Shown here: positions 39,106 through 48,613 of the stretch, piece by piece
Layout: each line of letters begins with the position of its first letter
Position numbering within the stretch: the stretch's first letter is position 1
DNA from: an uncultured Verrucomicrobiae bacterium
GTDB lineage: Bacteria > Verrucomicrobiota > Verrucomicrobiia > Limisphaerales > JAFGQR01
Length of the DNA stretch: 64,000 nt
NCBI GenBank assembly: GCA_963788655.1
Contig: CAWBHS010000087.1
Coordinates: forward strand, 128,001 to 192,000
Reading direction: 5' to 3'
Made by a program: the position numbers and the translations under genes
Notes under the pieces: model-generated
The model's database searches: none
The model's input: the letters and a program-made list of their open reading frames with translations, nothing else
What the model was told of the DNA's origin: nothing

Positions 39106-40032
39106 TTACGTCAATCCCCTCCAGGGTTCAGTGGACTGAGCAGCAGCAGTCTGGAAGGCTTCTCGAAGTTTCTTCACGGCCGCCTCGGGCAGGGGCCCTT
39201 TGGCGGCGGCGCGCAGATTGGCTTCGGCGTTCTTCGGATTGGTAGTGCCGACGATGGCGGTGTGGACCCCGGGTTGGGCCAGAGTGAAGCGCAAGGCGAT
39301 CTCGGGCCAGACTTCCGCTGGTGGACCGTCGAATCCCAAATCCGCTGGGCTGAGTTTCATCTGCTGCAACCGCTCTTCGTAGGACTTCCCGTAGCCGTCA
39401 TAAATGCCGGGCCGGTTGGTATTCCAGGCAGCATTGGCGATGGGCCGTTTGGCGATGACCCCAATCTCCCGCTCGCGCGCGGGTGGCAACACGGCGTCAA
39501 GGTTGGCCTGGTCGCATACATTGATCGAGGTTTCGATGACCGCGATTTCCGCCAGATGGGCGCTGTAGGCGGCTTCCTCGTTGTCGCCCGAGTACCCGAT
39601 GCAGCGTACCTTGCCCGCGTCGCGAGCTTTGACCAGGGCGGCGAGGGCATCGACCTGCTTCAACACCGGCAGATCGCACGAGTGCAACAGCATCACATCC
39701 AGATGGTCGGTCCGCAGCCGGCGCAACGCGCGCTCCACGGTTTGGGTGATGAGTTCGGGCGACCATTCCGCGCCCGTCACGCCTTCCACCTGATGACCGC
39801 ACTTGCTGACCAGCACAAACTCGTCGCGCCGATGACCAACCGCCTTGCCGATAAGTTCCTCGGAGGCCTGGTAACACGCCGCGGTGTCGATCAGGTTCAC
39901 GCCGCGGTCCAGCAGCAGATTGAGAATCCGCTCCACCTGGCGTTGTTCGGCGTCCAAATACCCAATGGGTCCGGCGCCAAACCCGATGGGCGCCACCTCG
40001 AATCCTGTTTTTCCAAATGCTCTACGGTCCAT
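39106..40032 (-). CDS. aldo/keto reductase
   Basis: FGKTGFEV..IGFG, IDTAACY..SEELIG, SKCG, RLRTDHLDVMLLH. Confidence 0.93.
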   Translation of the reverse strand: MDRRAFGKTGFEVAPIGFGAGPIGYLDAEQRQVERILNLLLDRGVNLIDTAACYQASEELIGKAVGHRRDEFVLVSKCGHQVEGVTGAEWSPELITQTVERALRRLRTDHLDVMLLHSCDLPVLKQVDALAALVKARDAGKVRCIGYSGDNEEAAYSAHLAEIAVIETSINVCDQANLDAVLPPAREREIGVIAKRPIANAAWNTNRPGIYDGYGKSYEERLQQMKLSPADLGFDGPPAEVWPEIALRFTLAQPGVHTAIVGTTNPKNAEANLRAAAKGPLPEAAVKKLREAFQTAAAQSTEPWRGLT

Positions 40033-40466
40033 AACCTTTTTATTATGGATGGATTAGCTGAGTTGGCAAGACCCAGTTGCGGGGGCGGGGGCAGATGGCC
40101 TCCTGGGCTGATGGCTGGCATGGAAGCGATCAGCGGTTTGGCCCCGAATCCGGATGCGGATTGGGTGGCGGATTACTGGATTGAAAAGACCGGGTTTTTG
40201 GACGAACGTAGTCCGGCGATGCCTCGCGCCGTGACTCAACGCCGCAGAGGTGTCACCGGAAAATGACAGAGGAAGCGTTCCTGGCGAGGCGGGAAAGGAC
40301 CATCGGTTTCTCACCCGCGCCTGCAGGGAATGGCGATCCGATTGGACACGATGAAGCAGCGCTCACAACTGGGGAACGTTCCGGGGCGTTCCGAGCGTGG
40401 CGGCCAGGATGGCTCAACCCTCCGCTGCCCGCGGCGCCCCGTAGCGCGATCAACCGCCTTCCGGCC

Positions 40467-41150
40467 ATGACCACAGCGGCCGTTACCAAACCCCATCGCG
40501 GCAAGGCTCGCCTCCTGTTGGTGGAGGATCATCCGGTGACGCGCGAGGGATTCGCCCAATTGATCAATTACCAGTCGGACCTCCGCGTTTGCGGCCAGGC
40601 CGGCCGTCCGGGCGAGGCCCTGGAGCAAATCGCCGCCACCCGACTGGATTTGGTGGTGGTGGATATCACCCTCGCGGGCGCTTGCGGGATCGATTTGACG
40701 AAGCAGATTCACAAGCGCTTTCCCGCGTTGCCGGTTCTGATTTTGTCGGCGCACGACGAGGAGTTTTACGCGGTGCGCGCTTTGCGCGCCGGGGCGCGCG
40801 GTTACGTCATGAAGTTGACGCCCACTGCCGAGATCCTGTCGGCCATCCGGCAGGTGCTGCGGGGGGAAGTGTATCTGAGCGATTTCATGAGTTCGCGCGT
40901 GTTGCGTCAATTGGTCAAAGACGGAACGCCGGTCCGCGTTTCGGAGATGGAAGCGCTGAGCGACCGGGAACTGGAAGTCTTCCGCCTGGTGGGCCAGGGC
41001 TGGGGCACCCGCCGCATTGCGCAAACGTTGCATGTCAGCGTCAGCACCATTGAGACCCATCGGGCGCACATCAAGGAGAAGCTCAACCTGCCCAGCGGCG
41101 CCGATTTGGTGCGGCGCGCCATCGAGTGGACCACCACGACGTCGCGCTGA
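40467..41150 (+). CDS. NarL/LuxR-family DNA-binding response regulator
   Basis: LLVEDHP, VVVDI, GYVMK; LSDRELEVFRLVGQG..IA..L.VS.STIETHR. Confidence 0.95.
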   Translation: MTTAAVTKPHRGKARLLLVEDHPVTREGFAQLINYQSDLRVCGQAGRPGEALEQIAATRLDLVVVDITLAGACGIDLTKQIHKRFPALPVLILSAHDEEFYAVRALRAGARGYVMKLTPTAEILSAIRQVLRGEVYLSDFMSSRVLRQLVKDGTPVRVSEMEALSDRELEVFRLVGQGWGTRRIAQTLHVSVSTIETHRAHIKEKLNLPSGADLVRRAIEWTTTTSR

Positions 41151-41304
41151 TCGGGGTTCGCTTTGGTACGGAAGCTGGTTCCCGGTCCGCCGATTGCGTA
41201 AGCCCGCTAAGCCTGAGCGATGGCGGCCATCGCGGATTCCACGACCATCAAAATCAGGGGCCGCACGATTGTTGCCCCCACCGGACGAGTTAGAATACGA
41301 GCCG

Positions 41305-41931
41305 ATGGAAACAATGTTATCAGGAAGGAATGGGTATGGATTGGATCGGGGGGAAGCGCCGAGGAGTCTGCGCGTGGCGGTCGTGTATGAAAACTTGGCG
41401 GCGGGCCAGGAGGCGCGGGCGTTGGTGGACTACCTCATGACTGAATTGGCCAACGACTGTCGCTGGGTTCAGGGCGCCTGGCGCTTCGACCTCCTGGGGC
41501 TGGGGCCATTCGCGGCGGCCGCGGCGCGGGAAGTCAGCCAGGCGGAGATCCTCATTGTTGCCGCCCAGCAAGCCACGCTGCCCGAACCGGTCCTGCAATG
41601 GTTGGCGCAAGTGCTGCCGCGCTGCAAACCGGGGGCAATGTTGATCGGATTATTTGATCACCACGCCACCGCCACCAGCGCGGAGCTGCCAATCCAGTTC
41701 CAGCTCCAACAACTCGCCAGATCGCGCGGACTCGCCTACATTTCGCGAGCCCTCGAGATGAGTTCGACGGCGCCGCCACCGCCGCCGAAGGTCGAACTGG
41801 CGCCAACCGCCACCGCCGGAGCATCCCCAGCCTTGCCGACCTTGCCCTTGACCGGGCCCAGGGGGGAAGGGGTGGGCGGCTCCCATGAGGCCGACCGCCG
41901 GCTGCAGCGGTGGTGGAGCATCAACGAATAG
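41305..41931 (+). CDS. hypothetical protein, paralog of 1475-2071
   Basis: 208-aa ORF between two response regulators; VAVVYE, WRFDLL, AEILIVA; ends WWSINE. Confidence 0.8.
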   Translation: METMLSGRNGYGLDRGEAPRSLRVAVVYENLAAGQEARALVDYLMTELANDCRWVQGAWRFDLLGLGPFAAAAAREVSQAEILIVAAQQATLPEPVLQWLAQVLPRCKPGAMLIGLFDHHATATSAELPIQFQLQQLARSRGLAYISRALEMSSTAPPPPPKVELAPTATAGASPALPTLPLTGPRGEGVGGSHEADRRLQRWWSINE

Positions 41932-42084
41932 GCGCTGGCGTTCGCCACTCGACGTTCGTCTAATGCAAGGAAACTGCCGTTTTCCACCTGTCCTCGCCAG
42001 CGGGCCGGCGTCGCGGTTCGGATCGTGTCCGGCCTCCGGCACGCTTTCACCATGAAGTGCCACATGTTTTAACGCCCACATCTT

Positions 42085-42492
42085 ATGAATGAAGCTGCTG
42101 TTTCGACTGTCGCCGCCAATCCTTCCCCTTCGTTGCGTCTCGCGCTGGTGGTGGATGACGACGTGATGGTCCGCCATTTTGTGGCCTTGTGTCTGCGGCA
42201 CGCACAGTATCAAGTGCTCGAGGCCGCTGACCCTTTGGAAGCCCAGCGACTGGTCTGCCAGAATCCGACAATTCACCTGGTCGTTACCGATTGCCAGATG
42301 CCCGAGATGAACGGGGCCGCGCTGGCTGAATGGTTTCAGACGACGTGGCCGCAAATCAAAGTCCTGCTCATGTCCGGCTCGCCAGGAATGGAGGCGTTGA
42401 TCCAGGAGGCCTTGTCCCCCGCCGCTTTCCTGGCCAAACCCTTTAACCGCGATCAATTGCTTCAGCAGGTGCGCACGCTTGAATTTGCTTAG
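42085..42492 (+). CDS. single-domain response regulator (CheY-like)
   Basis: LVVDDD, VVTDCQMPEMNG, LMSG, FLAKPF. Confidence 0.92.
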   Translation: MNEAAVSTVAANPSPSLRLALVVDDDVMVRHFVALCLRHAQYQVLEAADPLEAQRLVCQNPTIHLVVTDCQMPEMNGAALAEWFQTTWPQIKVLLMSGSPGMEALIQEALSPAAFLAKPFNRDQLLQQVRTLEFA

Positions 42493-42768
42493 CCGTATCA
42501 ATTCGGCTGGTGGTGGGGCGGGCTGCTGCGTCGCCCTGATTTTTTACCGACGTTTGGACCACGAACCTTCGGCAACCCGGCACGGTTTGGTGAGTGAGCC
42601 ATGGTCGATCCCTGACGCCAAAGTGCCTCAGTTGCCGGCGGAACGCGCAGTTCCGCCCGACCGCAATTGGGGCCAAAAGTCCAGCAATTCTCAATTTGGA
42701 GGCGAAGCGCCGGCTTGCAGCCGGCTTTGCCCTAAGAAACGGCGAGCATTGACCAATCTTCGGACGGC
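42492..42768. mobile_element. possible degenerate family B MITE
   Basis: Left end GCCGTATCAATTCGG matches family B ends; right end only ACGGC; TTA on both sides. Confidence 0.35.
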
Positions 42769-42868
42769 TTAAGCTGATTACAAATCGGCGCTCCGCCAAA
42801 ATGCGAATTGCCACGAAAGGTCGGGTTCCCTGGACAAAACCGGACCCGGCCTGTAAGGAGAGGGCCTG

Positions 42869-43387
42869 ATGATGAGATTGGGACAAGCTTTTAGTGTGTT
42901 CTTCCGCCTTCTGCGGGACGCGGCCTTTGCCGAACGGGTGGCGCAGGCCGAGCAATTGCCGGCGTCCGAGCCCGGCGCCAGCGCGGCTACACCACCGGCG
43001 CCTCCACGAAGCGACGCGCTGACCTTGCTGGGCGTGTTGCAGCGGGAGGGGCGGCTGGTGGATTTCTTGCAGGAACCTATCGCCACGTATTCCGACGCCC
43101 AAATCGGCGCCGCCGTGCGCGACGTCCACCGCGGTTGTCGGACGGCACTGGAGCGCCTGTTCGGGTTGGTCCCGGTGCTCGACCAGGCTGAAGGCGCGGA
43201 GGTGCGGGTGGAAAAGGGTTACGATCCGGGCCGCCTGCGCCTTACCGGACAGGTAACTGGCAGCCCACCGTACCAAGGCACATTGTTTCATCCGGGTTGG
43301 GCCGCGACCCGCTGTGAATTGCCGGAATGGACGGGCAGCGCCGCGACGGCGCTGGTGGTGGCACCTGCCGAAGTGGAAATCAAATGA
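42869..43387 (+). CDS. DUF2760-like protein (putative divergent GrpE-like factor)
   Basis: ALTLLGVLQREGRLVDFLQE..YSDAQIGAAVR.VH.GC, GYDP, HPGW, VAPAEVE; first gene of the Hsp70 operon. Confidence 0.85.
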   Translation: MMRLGQAFSVFFRLLRDAAFAERVAQAEQLPASEPGASAATPPAPPRSDALTLLGVLQREGRLVDFLQEPIATYSDAQIGAAVRDVHRGCRTALERLFGLVPVLDQAEGAEVRVEKGYDPGRLRLTGQVTGSPPYQGTLFHPGWAATRCELPEWTGSAATALVVAPAEVEIK

Positions 43388-43475
43388 TGCCCGGTCGGTC
43401 TTCGTTGCCAACACCATTTCGAGCTTGTTTGCGGGACAGTTTGGATTATCACCCCAATGAGGACGCACAAGGTTC

Positions 43476-43528
43476 GGAGTTCCGCCTTCAGGCGGTCGGA
43501 CCGTCCTGCCGCCTAAAGGCGGAACTCC
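43476..43528. repeat. REP doublet hairpin
   Basis: GGAGTTCCGCCTTCAGGCGG / CCGCCTAAAGGCGGAACTCC. Confidence 0.8.
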
Positions 43529-43601
43529 CAACAGGAATTTTTAAACTATACCCTCCGCCGTTCGGTGTTTTACTGGCGAATAGGGAACCAAAGGATTTTT
43601 G

Positions 43602-45374
43602 ATGCCAGCCAAATTTTCAGTCGGTATTGATTTGGGAACCACGAACAACACCATCGCGTGCGTAGAACTCGGACGCGAGGACGCGCCGTTGCAAGTTCTC
43701 AACGTCCCACAACTCACCGCGGCGGCAACCGTCGAAGATCGGCCGTTGCTACCTTCGTTTATGTATCTGGGCACGCCGGAGGAAGTGGAGAAGAATGTTT
43801 TCAATTTGCCCTGGGGCAGTCCTCCGTACGCCATCGGCGAATGGGCCCGCCGGCAAGCCGCCGAGGTGCCGGCGCGCACCGTCTCCGGTGCCAAATCCTG
43901 GCTGGCCCACAGCCGGGTGGACCGACGCCAGCCCATCCTGCCTTGGAACGCGCCTGACGAGGTGCCGAAGATTTCTCCGGTCGAGGCCTCGCGTCGTTAC
44001 CTGGAACATTTGATGGCAGCTTGGGCAAAGCATTATCCCGACACGCCGATCCAGGAGCAACAGGTGGTGCTCACGGTGCCGGCATCCTTCGATGCCGCCG
44101 CTCGCGAACTGACCCGGGAAGCTGCTTTGCAAGCCGGCTTGCCGGAAGACTTGGTTCTACTCGAAGAACCGCAAGCCGCGTTCTATGCCTGGCTGGCCGA
44201 TCACGAGCAATCCTGGCGCAAGCTCGCTCAAGAAGGCGACGTGGTGCTGGTCTGCGACGTCGGCGGCGGCACGACCGATCTGACGTTGATTTCGGTGACG
44301 CAGGAGAACGGTGAGTTGTCGCTCAAGCGCCTGGCGGTGGGCGATCACATTCTCGTGGGTGGCGACAACATGGACCTCACGTTGGCCCATTTGGCGCAGG
44401 GTGTGTTTGCCGAAAAAGGGGTCAATCTGGATGCCTGGCAATCGGTCGCGCTTTGGCACGCGTGCCGGACGGCCAAGGAAGCGTTGCTGGCGTCCGACGG
44501 CCCGCAAAACCATCCGGTCACCGTTCTGGGCCGCGGCCGCAAGGTCATTGGCGGCAGCATCTCGGCGGACCTGACGCAGGACCAGGTGATGCAGACGTTG
44601 ACCGAAGGCTTCTTCCCGTTGGTTCCGTTCGAGGCGCGGCCGGCGCGACGGGCGGCTTCCGGCTTTCGCGAACTGGGCTTGCCCTTCGAATCGGACCCAG
44701 CCATCACGCGGCATCTGGCCAGTTTCCTCAATCGACAGGGCCGCACCCGCCCCACGCACCTGTTGTTCAACGGCGGCGTGTTCCGCGCGGACTTCTTTCG
44801 CCGACGACTGTTGGAGACGCTGGCGGGTTGGTTCGGCACCGGCGCGGCGCCGCAAATCCTCGCGGGCAACACCGATTTCGATTTGGCCGTGGCGCGCGGC
44901 GCGGCGTATTACGGACGCACCAAGCAAGTCGGCGGCATTCGCATCCGTGGCGGCGCACCGCGTTCGTATTACGTCGGCATCGAAACGGCCGGTCCCGCAG
45001 TTCCCGGTGCGGTCCGTCCCCTCCAGCAATTATGCGTGGTGCCCATGGGCATGGAAGAAGGCTCGTCGCTCGACATTCCCAGCGGCGAGATTGGACTCAT
45101 CACCGGGGAGCAATCGCAATTCCGGTTCTTCAATTCTTCCATGCGCAAAGATGCGCCGGGCACGTTGTTGAAAAGCTGGTCGCCGGAGGAGTTGGTGGAA
45201 ACCGATTCGCTGGTGGCCACGTTGCCGGCGGCGGGGGGTGCGGCCGGTGATTACGTGCCGGTGCGGTTCCAGGCCAAATTAACCGAACTGGGGGTGCTGG
45301 AGTTGTGGTGCGCGAGCACCGTTTCCGATGACCGCTGGAAACTGGAATTCAGTGTGCGTGAACCAGGGCAGTAA
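43602..45374 (+). CDS. atypical Hsp70-family ATPase
   Basis: VGIDLGTTN, AKSWL, TVPASFD, LEEPQAA, DVGGGTTD, GGDNMD, LAVARGAA; non-canonical C-terminal domain. Confidence 0.92.
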   Translation: MPAKFSVGIDLGTTNNTIACVELGREDAPLQVLNVPQLTAAATVEDRPLLPSFMYLGTPEEVEKNVFNLPWGSPPYAIGEWARRQAAEVPARTVSGAKSWLAHSRVDRRQPILPWNAPDEVPKISPVEASRRYLEHLMAAWAKHYPDTPIQEQQVVLTVPASFDAAARELTREAALQAGLPEDLVLLEEPQAAFYAWLADHEQSWRKLAQEGDVVLVCDVGGGTTDLTLISVTQENGELSLKRLAVGDHILVGGDNMDLTLAHLAQGVFAEKGVNLDAWQSVALWHACRTAKEALLASDGPQNHPVTVLGRGRKVIGGSISADLTQDQVMQTLTEGFFPLVPFEARPARRAASGFRELGLPFESDPAITRHLASFLNRQGRTRPTHLLFNGGVFRADFFRRRLLETLAGWFGTGAAPQILAGNTDFDLAVARGAAYYGRTKQVGGIRIRGGAPRSYYVGIETAGPAVPGAVRPLQQLCVVPMGMEEGSSLDIPSGEIGLITGEQSQFRFFNSSMRKDAPGTLLKSWSPEELVETDSLVATLPAAGGAAGDYVPVRFQAKLTELGVLELWCASTVSDDRWKLEFSVREPGQ

Positions 45375-45392
45375 CGTGTTTTTTGGCAGACG

Positions 45393-48206
45393 ATGAAAGC
45401 CGTGAAACTTGAGCCTTCGGTCGAAGATCGTCCGGCCCGCTTCCTGGTCGGCATCGACTTGGGCACCACCAATTGTGCCGTGGCCTACGTGGACACCGCG
45501 CAGGCCGAACCGCACGTGCGCGACTTTCCGATCTCGCAAGTCGTGGCGCCCGATGAGGTCGAGGTGCGCGATGTGTTGCCGTCATTCAGCTACGCGCCGG
45601 CCTCGGAGGAATTTACCGTCAGCGCTTTGCCGAAGGCTAACGACCATGATGGCAAGTTTGTGGTCGGCTTCTTTGCGCGCGAACATGGGGCGCAAGTTCC
45701 GGGACGTTTGATTGCGTCCGCCAAATCCTGGTTGAGTCATCCGGGCGTGGACCGCACCGCCGCGTTGCTGCCGTGGCACGGGGCGCCGGATGTCGTCCGC
45801 GTTTCGCCAGTCGAAGCGAGCGCGCGCTACCTCGAGCACATTCGGCGGGCGTGGGAAAACGCTTTCCCCGGGCAACCGTTGGCGGAACAGGAGGTCACCG
45901 TCACCGTGCCGGCTTCCTTTGACGAAGTGGCGCGGACGCTGACTGTGCAAGCCGCCGAGCGGGCGGGACTGCCACACATTACGTTGCTGGAGGAACCCCA
46001 GGCGGCCTTTTACGCGTGGATGGCCGGTTGCGGAGCAGTGGCCGAGCAGGCGGTCCGACCGGGGCAACTCACTTTGATTTGCGACGTGGGCGGCGGGACC
46101 AGTGATTTCACGCTGATCGAAGCGCGGGCGGCAGAACAGGGCGGCGTCCGTTTTCATCGCGTGGCGGTGGGCGAACATCTCATCCTGGGCGGCGACAACA
46201 TGGACCTGGCCCTGGCGCACCACGTGGAATCGCGTTTGCCGGGCGGCGGACGATTGGATCCGCGGCGCTGGGGGTTGCTGGTGCAATCGTGCCGAACGGT
46301 CAAAGAGACGTTGTTGGCTCCCCAACCGCCGGATCGCTTGAGCGTTCATGTCGCCGGCGGCGCGCGATTGATTGGCGGCGCCCTTCAGGTGGAAGTCACG
46401 CGCGAGGAAGTTCAATCGGTGTTGCTGGATGGCTTCTTTCCGCGTGTGCCCCTGGAGGCCAAACCGGCGGTGCGATCCGGCTTCCAGGAATTCGGTTTGC
46501 CGTACGCCGCGGACGCCGCCATCACCCGGCACCTCGCGGCGTTTCTTACCCGGCACGCGACCAATCGGCGTCCCGACGAACCCGGCGCTCCGTTTCCAGA
46601 CCGGCTGCTGTTCAATGGCGGCGTCTTTGAATCGCCCCTCATCCGCGAACGTTTGCTGGCCGTGCTGGAAGACTGGCGGCAGACAGCCCAAGCCCCGGAC
46701 GGTCCGGCCCTTGAGGTATTGCCGAATGACCGTTTGGATTTAGCGGTGGCGCGAGGCTCCGCTTATGCCGCCCTGTTGCGGCGCCAGCACGGACGGCGCA
46801 TCGCGGCAGGATTGGCCCGGGCGTATTACGTCCAGGTCGGGCGCGAGGCGGCGAAGGAACCCGCGACGGTTTGCCTGGCGCCCGCGGGGTTGGAGGAAGG
46901 ACATCCGATTGTGCTGCCGCAGCGGTTTGCGTTGCGCATCCGACAGCCGGTCGAGTTTGCGCTCTTCAGTTCGAGCACCCGGTTGCAGGATCGCGCCGGC
47001 GACCTGGTGGCCGCGGACCCCGCCCAACTGACGCCGTTGCCGCCGGTCCGCACCGTGGTCAAGTCCGGACGTTCGAGCAAAGCCAGCACCGCCGAGGTGC
47101 AATTGCACGCGCGTCTCAGCGAGATTGGCACCCTCGACGTGCGGTGTGTGGAACCCGAAGGCCAGCGTTCGTGGAAACTGGAATTTGACGTGCGCGGTTC
47201 CAAGCGCGGCGTTCGGCGCGTGGCTGCGATTGGCGCGCCGATGGCAGACGGTGCCATCGAAGAAGCCACCGTCGAGGCGGCGCGGGATTTGGTCCTCCAG
47301 ACTTATCAAGCGGGCGACCGGGGAATAACGGCCGATCCCGCAAGACTGGTGAAGCAATTGGAAGAAGCGACCGCGTTGCCCCGCGACCAATGGCCGTTGC
47401 CTCTGTTGCGCGCTTTATGGGAAACGCTCCTCGAGGTTGAGCCCGGACGCCGTCTCAGCTTGCTGCACGAAACGCGCTGGCTGAACCTGCTGGGATTTAG
47501 CTTGCGGCCGGGCTATGGATTCACCGTCGATGACTGGCGCGTGCAGCAGACTTGGAAGTTGTTTTTTGTCGGCACCGTGTTTCCAAAAAATGAGCTTTGT
47601 CGCGCCGAATGGTTGATCCTCTGGCGGCGAATTGCGGGCGGACTCAGTGCCGGCCAACAGCGGGCGCTGGCCGAACCTTGCGCCAGCCTGTATCGGCCCA
47701 AAGGTGGTCGCAAGCTTCATCGTGGTCTGCATGAAACCGCAGAAACGTGGCGGCTGCTGGGCGCTCTGGAATTGCTGGGCGTCGAACTCAAGCTGGAGAT
47801 CGCCGAGCACCTCGCTCACCGGTTGGAACGTAAGCTCGAACCGCCCGTCCTCCAGGCTGCGTGGTGGGCCTTTGGACGGCTGGGCGCGCGGGTGTCCGCG
47901 TATGGCCCGCTAAACGCCCTGGTGCCGACGGAGACGGTTGAAGACTGGCTATCCCGCATTATTGCCCGTCCGCCAGCCCATGCGGAAGCCCTGTTCACTG
48001 CGGTGCAAATGGCCCGCGCGACCGGCGACCGCTATCGCGACATCGCGGAGGAAACGCGCGCCGCCGTGCTGGCGTGGTTACGACAACACGATGCGCCTGA
48101 GCATTATTTGCAGCTTGTCCGCGAGGGCGGGCAACTGGACCAGACAGAAGAGCAGCAAGCGTTCGGCGAAACCCTGCCGCCCGGATTGCATCTGGAGAAC
48201 GAGTGA
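45393..48206 (+). CDS. atypical Hsp70-family ATPase with long helical C-terminal extension (DUF3731-like)
   Basis: Same motifs as the upstream paralog, plus WLNLLGFSLRPGYG..DDWR, WRRIAGGL, ARATGDRYRD, FGETLPPGL. Confidence 0.92.
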   Translation: MKAVKLEPSVEDRPARFLVGIDLGTTNCAVAYVDTAQAEPHVRDFPISQVVAPDEVEVRDVLPSFSYAPASEEFTVSALPKANDHDGKFVVGFFAREHGAQVPGRLIASAKSWLSHPGVDRTAALLPWHGAPDVVRVSPVEASARYLEHIRRAWENAFPGQPLAEQEVTVTVPASFDEVARTLTVQAAERAGLPHITLLEEPQAAFYAWMAGCGAVAEQAVRPGQLTLICDVGGGTSDFTLIEARAAEQGGVRFHRVAVGEHLILGGDNMDLALAHHVESRLPGGGRLDPRRWGLLVQSCRTVKETLLAPQPPDRLSVHVAGGARLIGGALQVEVTREEVQSVLLDGFFPRVPLEAKPAVRSGFQEFGLPYAADAAITRHLAAFLTRHATNRRPDEPGAPFPDRLLFNGGVFESPLIRERLLAVLEDWRQTAQAPDGPALEVLPNDRLDLAVARGSAYAALLRRQHGRRIAAGLARAYYVQVGREAAKEPATVCLAPAGLEEGHPIVLPQRFALRIRQPVEFALFSSSTRLQDRAGDLVAADPAQLTPLPPVRTVVKSGRSSKASTAEVQLHARLSEIGTLDVRCVEPEGQRSWKLEFDVRGSKRGVRRVAAIGAPMADGAIEEATVEAARDLVLQTYQAGDRGITADPARLVKQLEEATALPRDQWPLPLLRALWETLLEVEPGRRLSLLHETRWLNLLGFSLRPGYGFTVDDWRVQQTWKLFFVGTVFPKNELCRAEWLILWRRIAGGLSAGQQRALAEPCASLYRPKGGRKLHRGLHETAETWRLLGALELLGVELKLEIAEHLAHRLERKLEPPVLQAAWWAFGRLGARVSAYGPLNALVPTETVEDWLSRIIARPPAHAEALFTAVQMARATGDRYRDIAEETRAAVLAWLRQHDAPEHYLQLVREGGQLDQTEEQQAFGETLPPGLHLENE

Positions 48207-48268
48207 GCAGGGATCGCGGACGAATCATACTTGCCACGGCTGGACGAAAAACTTTCGCTCTCGCCTGA

Positions 48269-48460
48269 GCCATATCTATGAAATGGTGGCTGGGGAGCGC
48301 GCCCGCCTCGGGCGCTGCCAATCGGCGCCCTCGCCAGTTGGCCCAGCGATTGAGCAATCACTGAAAAGTGAGCCAATCGGGGTGCTCGAAACTGGTTGGC
48401 GAGGCGCCAACCACAGCGCCCGAGGCGGGCGTGCTCCCCTGGTGATTGAATTGTTACGGT
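48269..48460. mobile_element. MITE-like element with family B ends (192 bp) carrying a different REP doublet
   Basis: Ends GCCATATCTATGAAA / TTGAATTGTTACGGT, flanked by TGA on both sides; internal arms at 48292-48317 and 48414-48439. Confidence 0.65.
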
Positions 48461-48613
48461 TGAGGAGGATTCTTCCTATATCGGCATTCGGCGCGCCAAG
48501 TTGGAGTTGAGGAATTAGGTTCCATAAGTTTTTTCAGGAGAGAGGGTTTTGGCTCGGTGGGTGCTATCCAACGGCCCGGGATTGAATCATCTGGTGCATC
48601 CCATGGAATACTT

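Noticed and set aside
40046..40466. Short ORF or N-terminal extension upstream of the NarL regulator
   Set aside because: No domain signal; more likely the divergent promoter region.
43602..48206. Calling the Hsp70 genes dnaK, hscA or hscC
   Set aside because: The canonical substrate-binding domain and linker are not recognisable, and there is no dnaJ or isc context.
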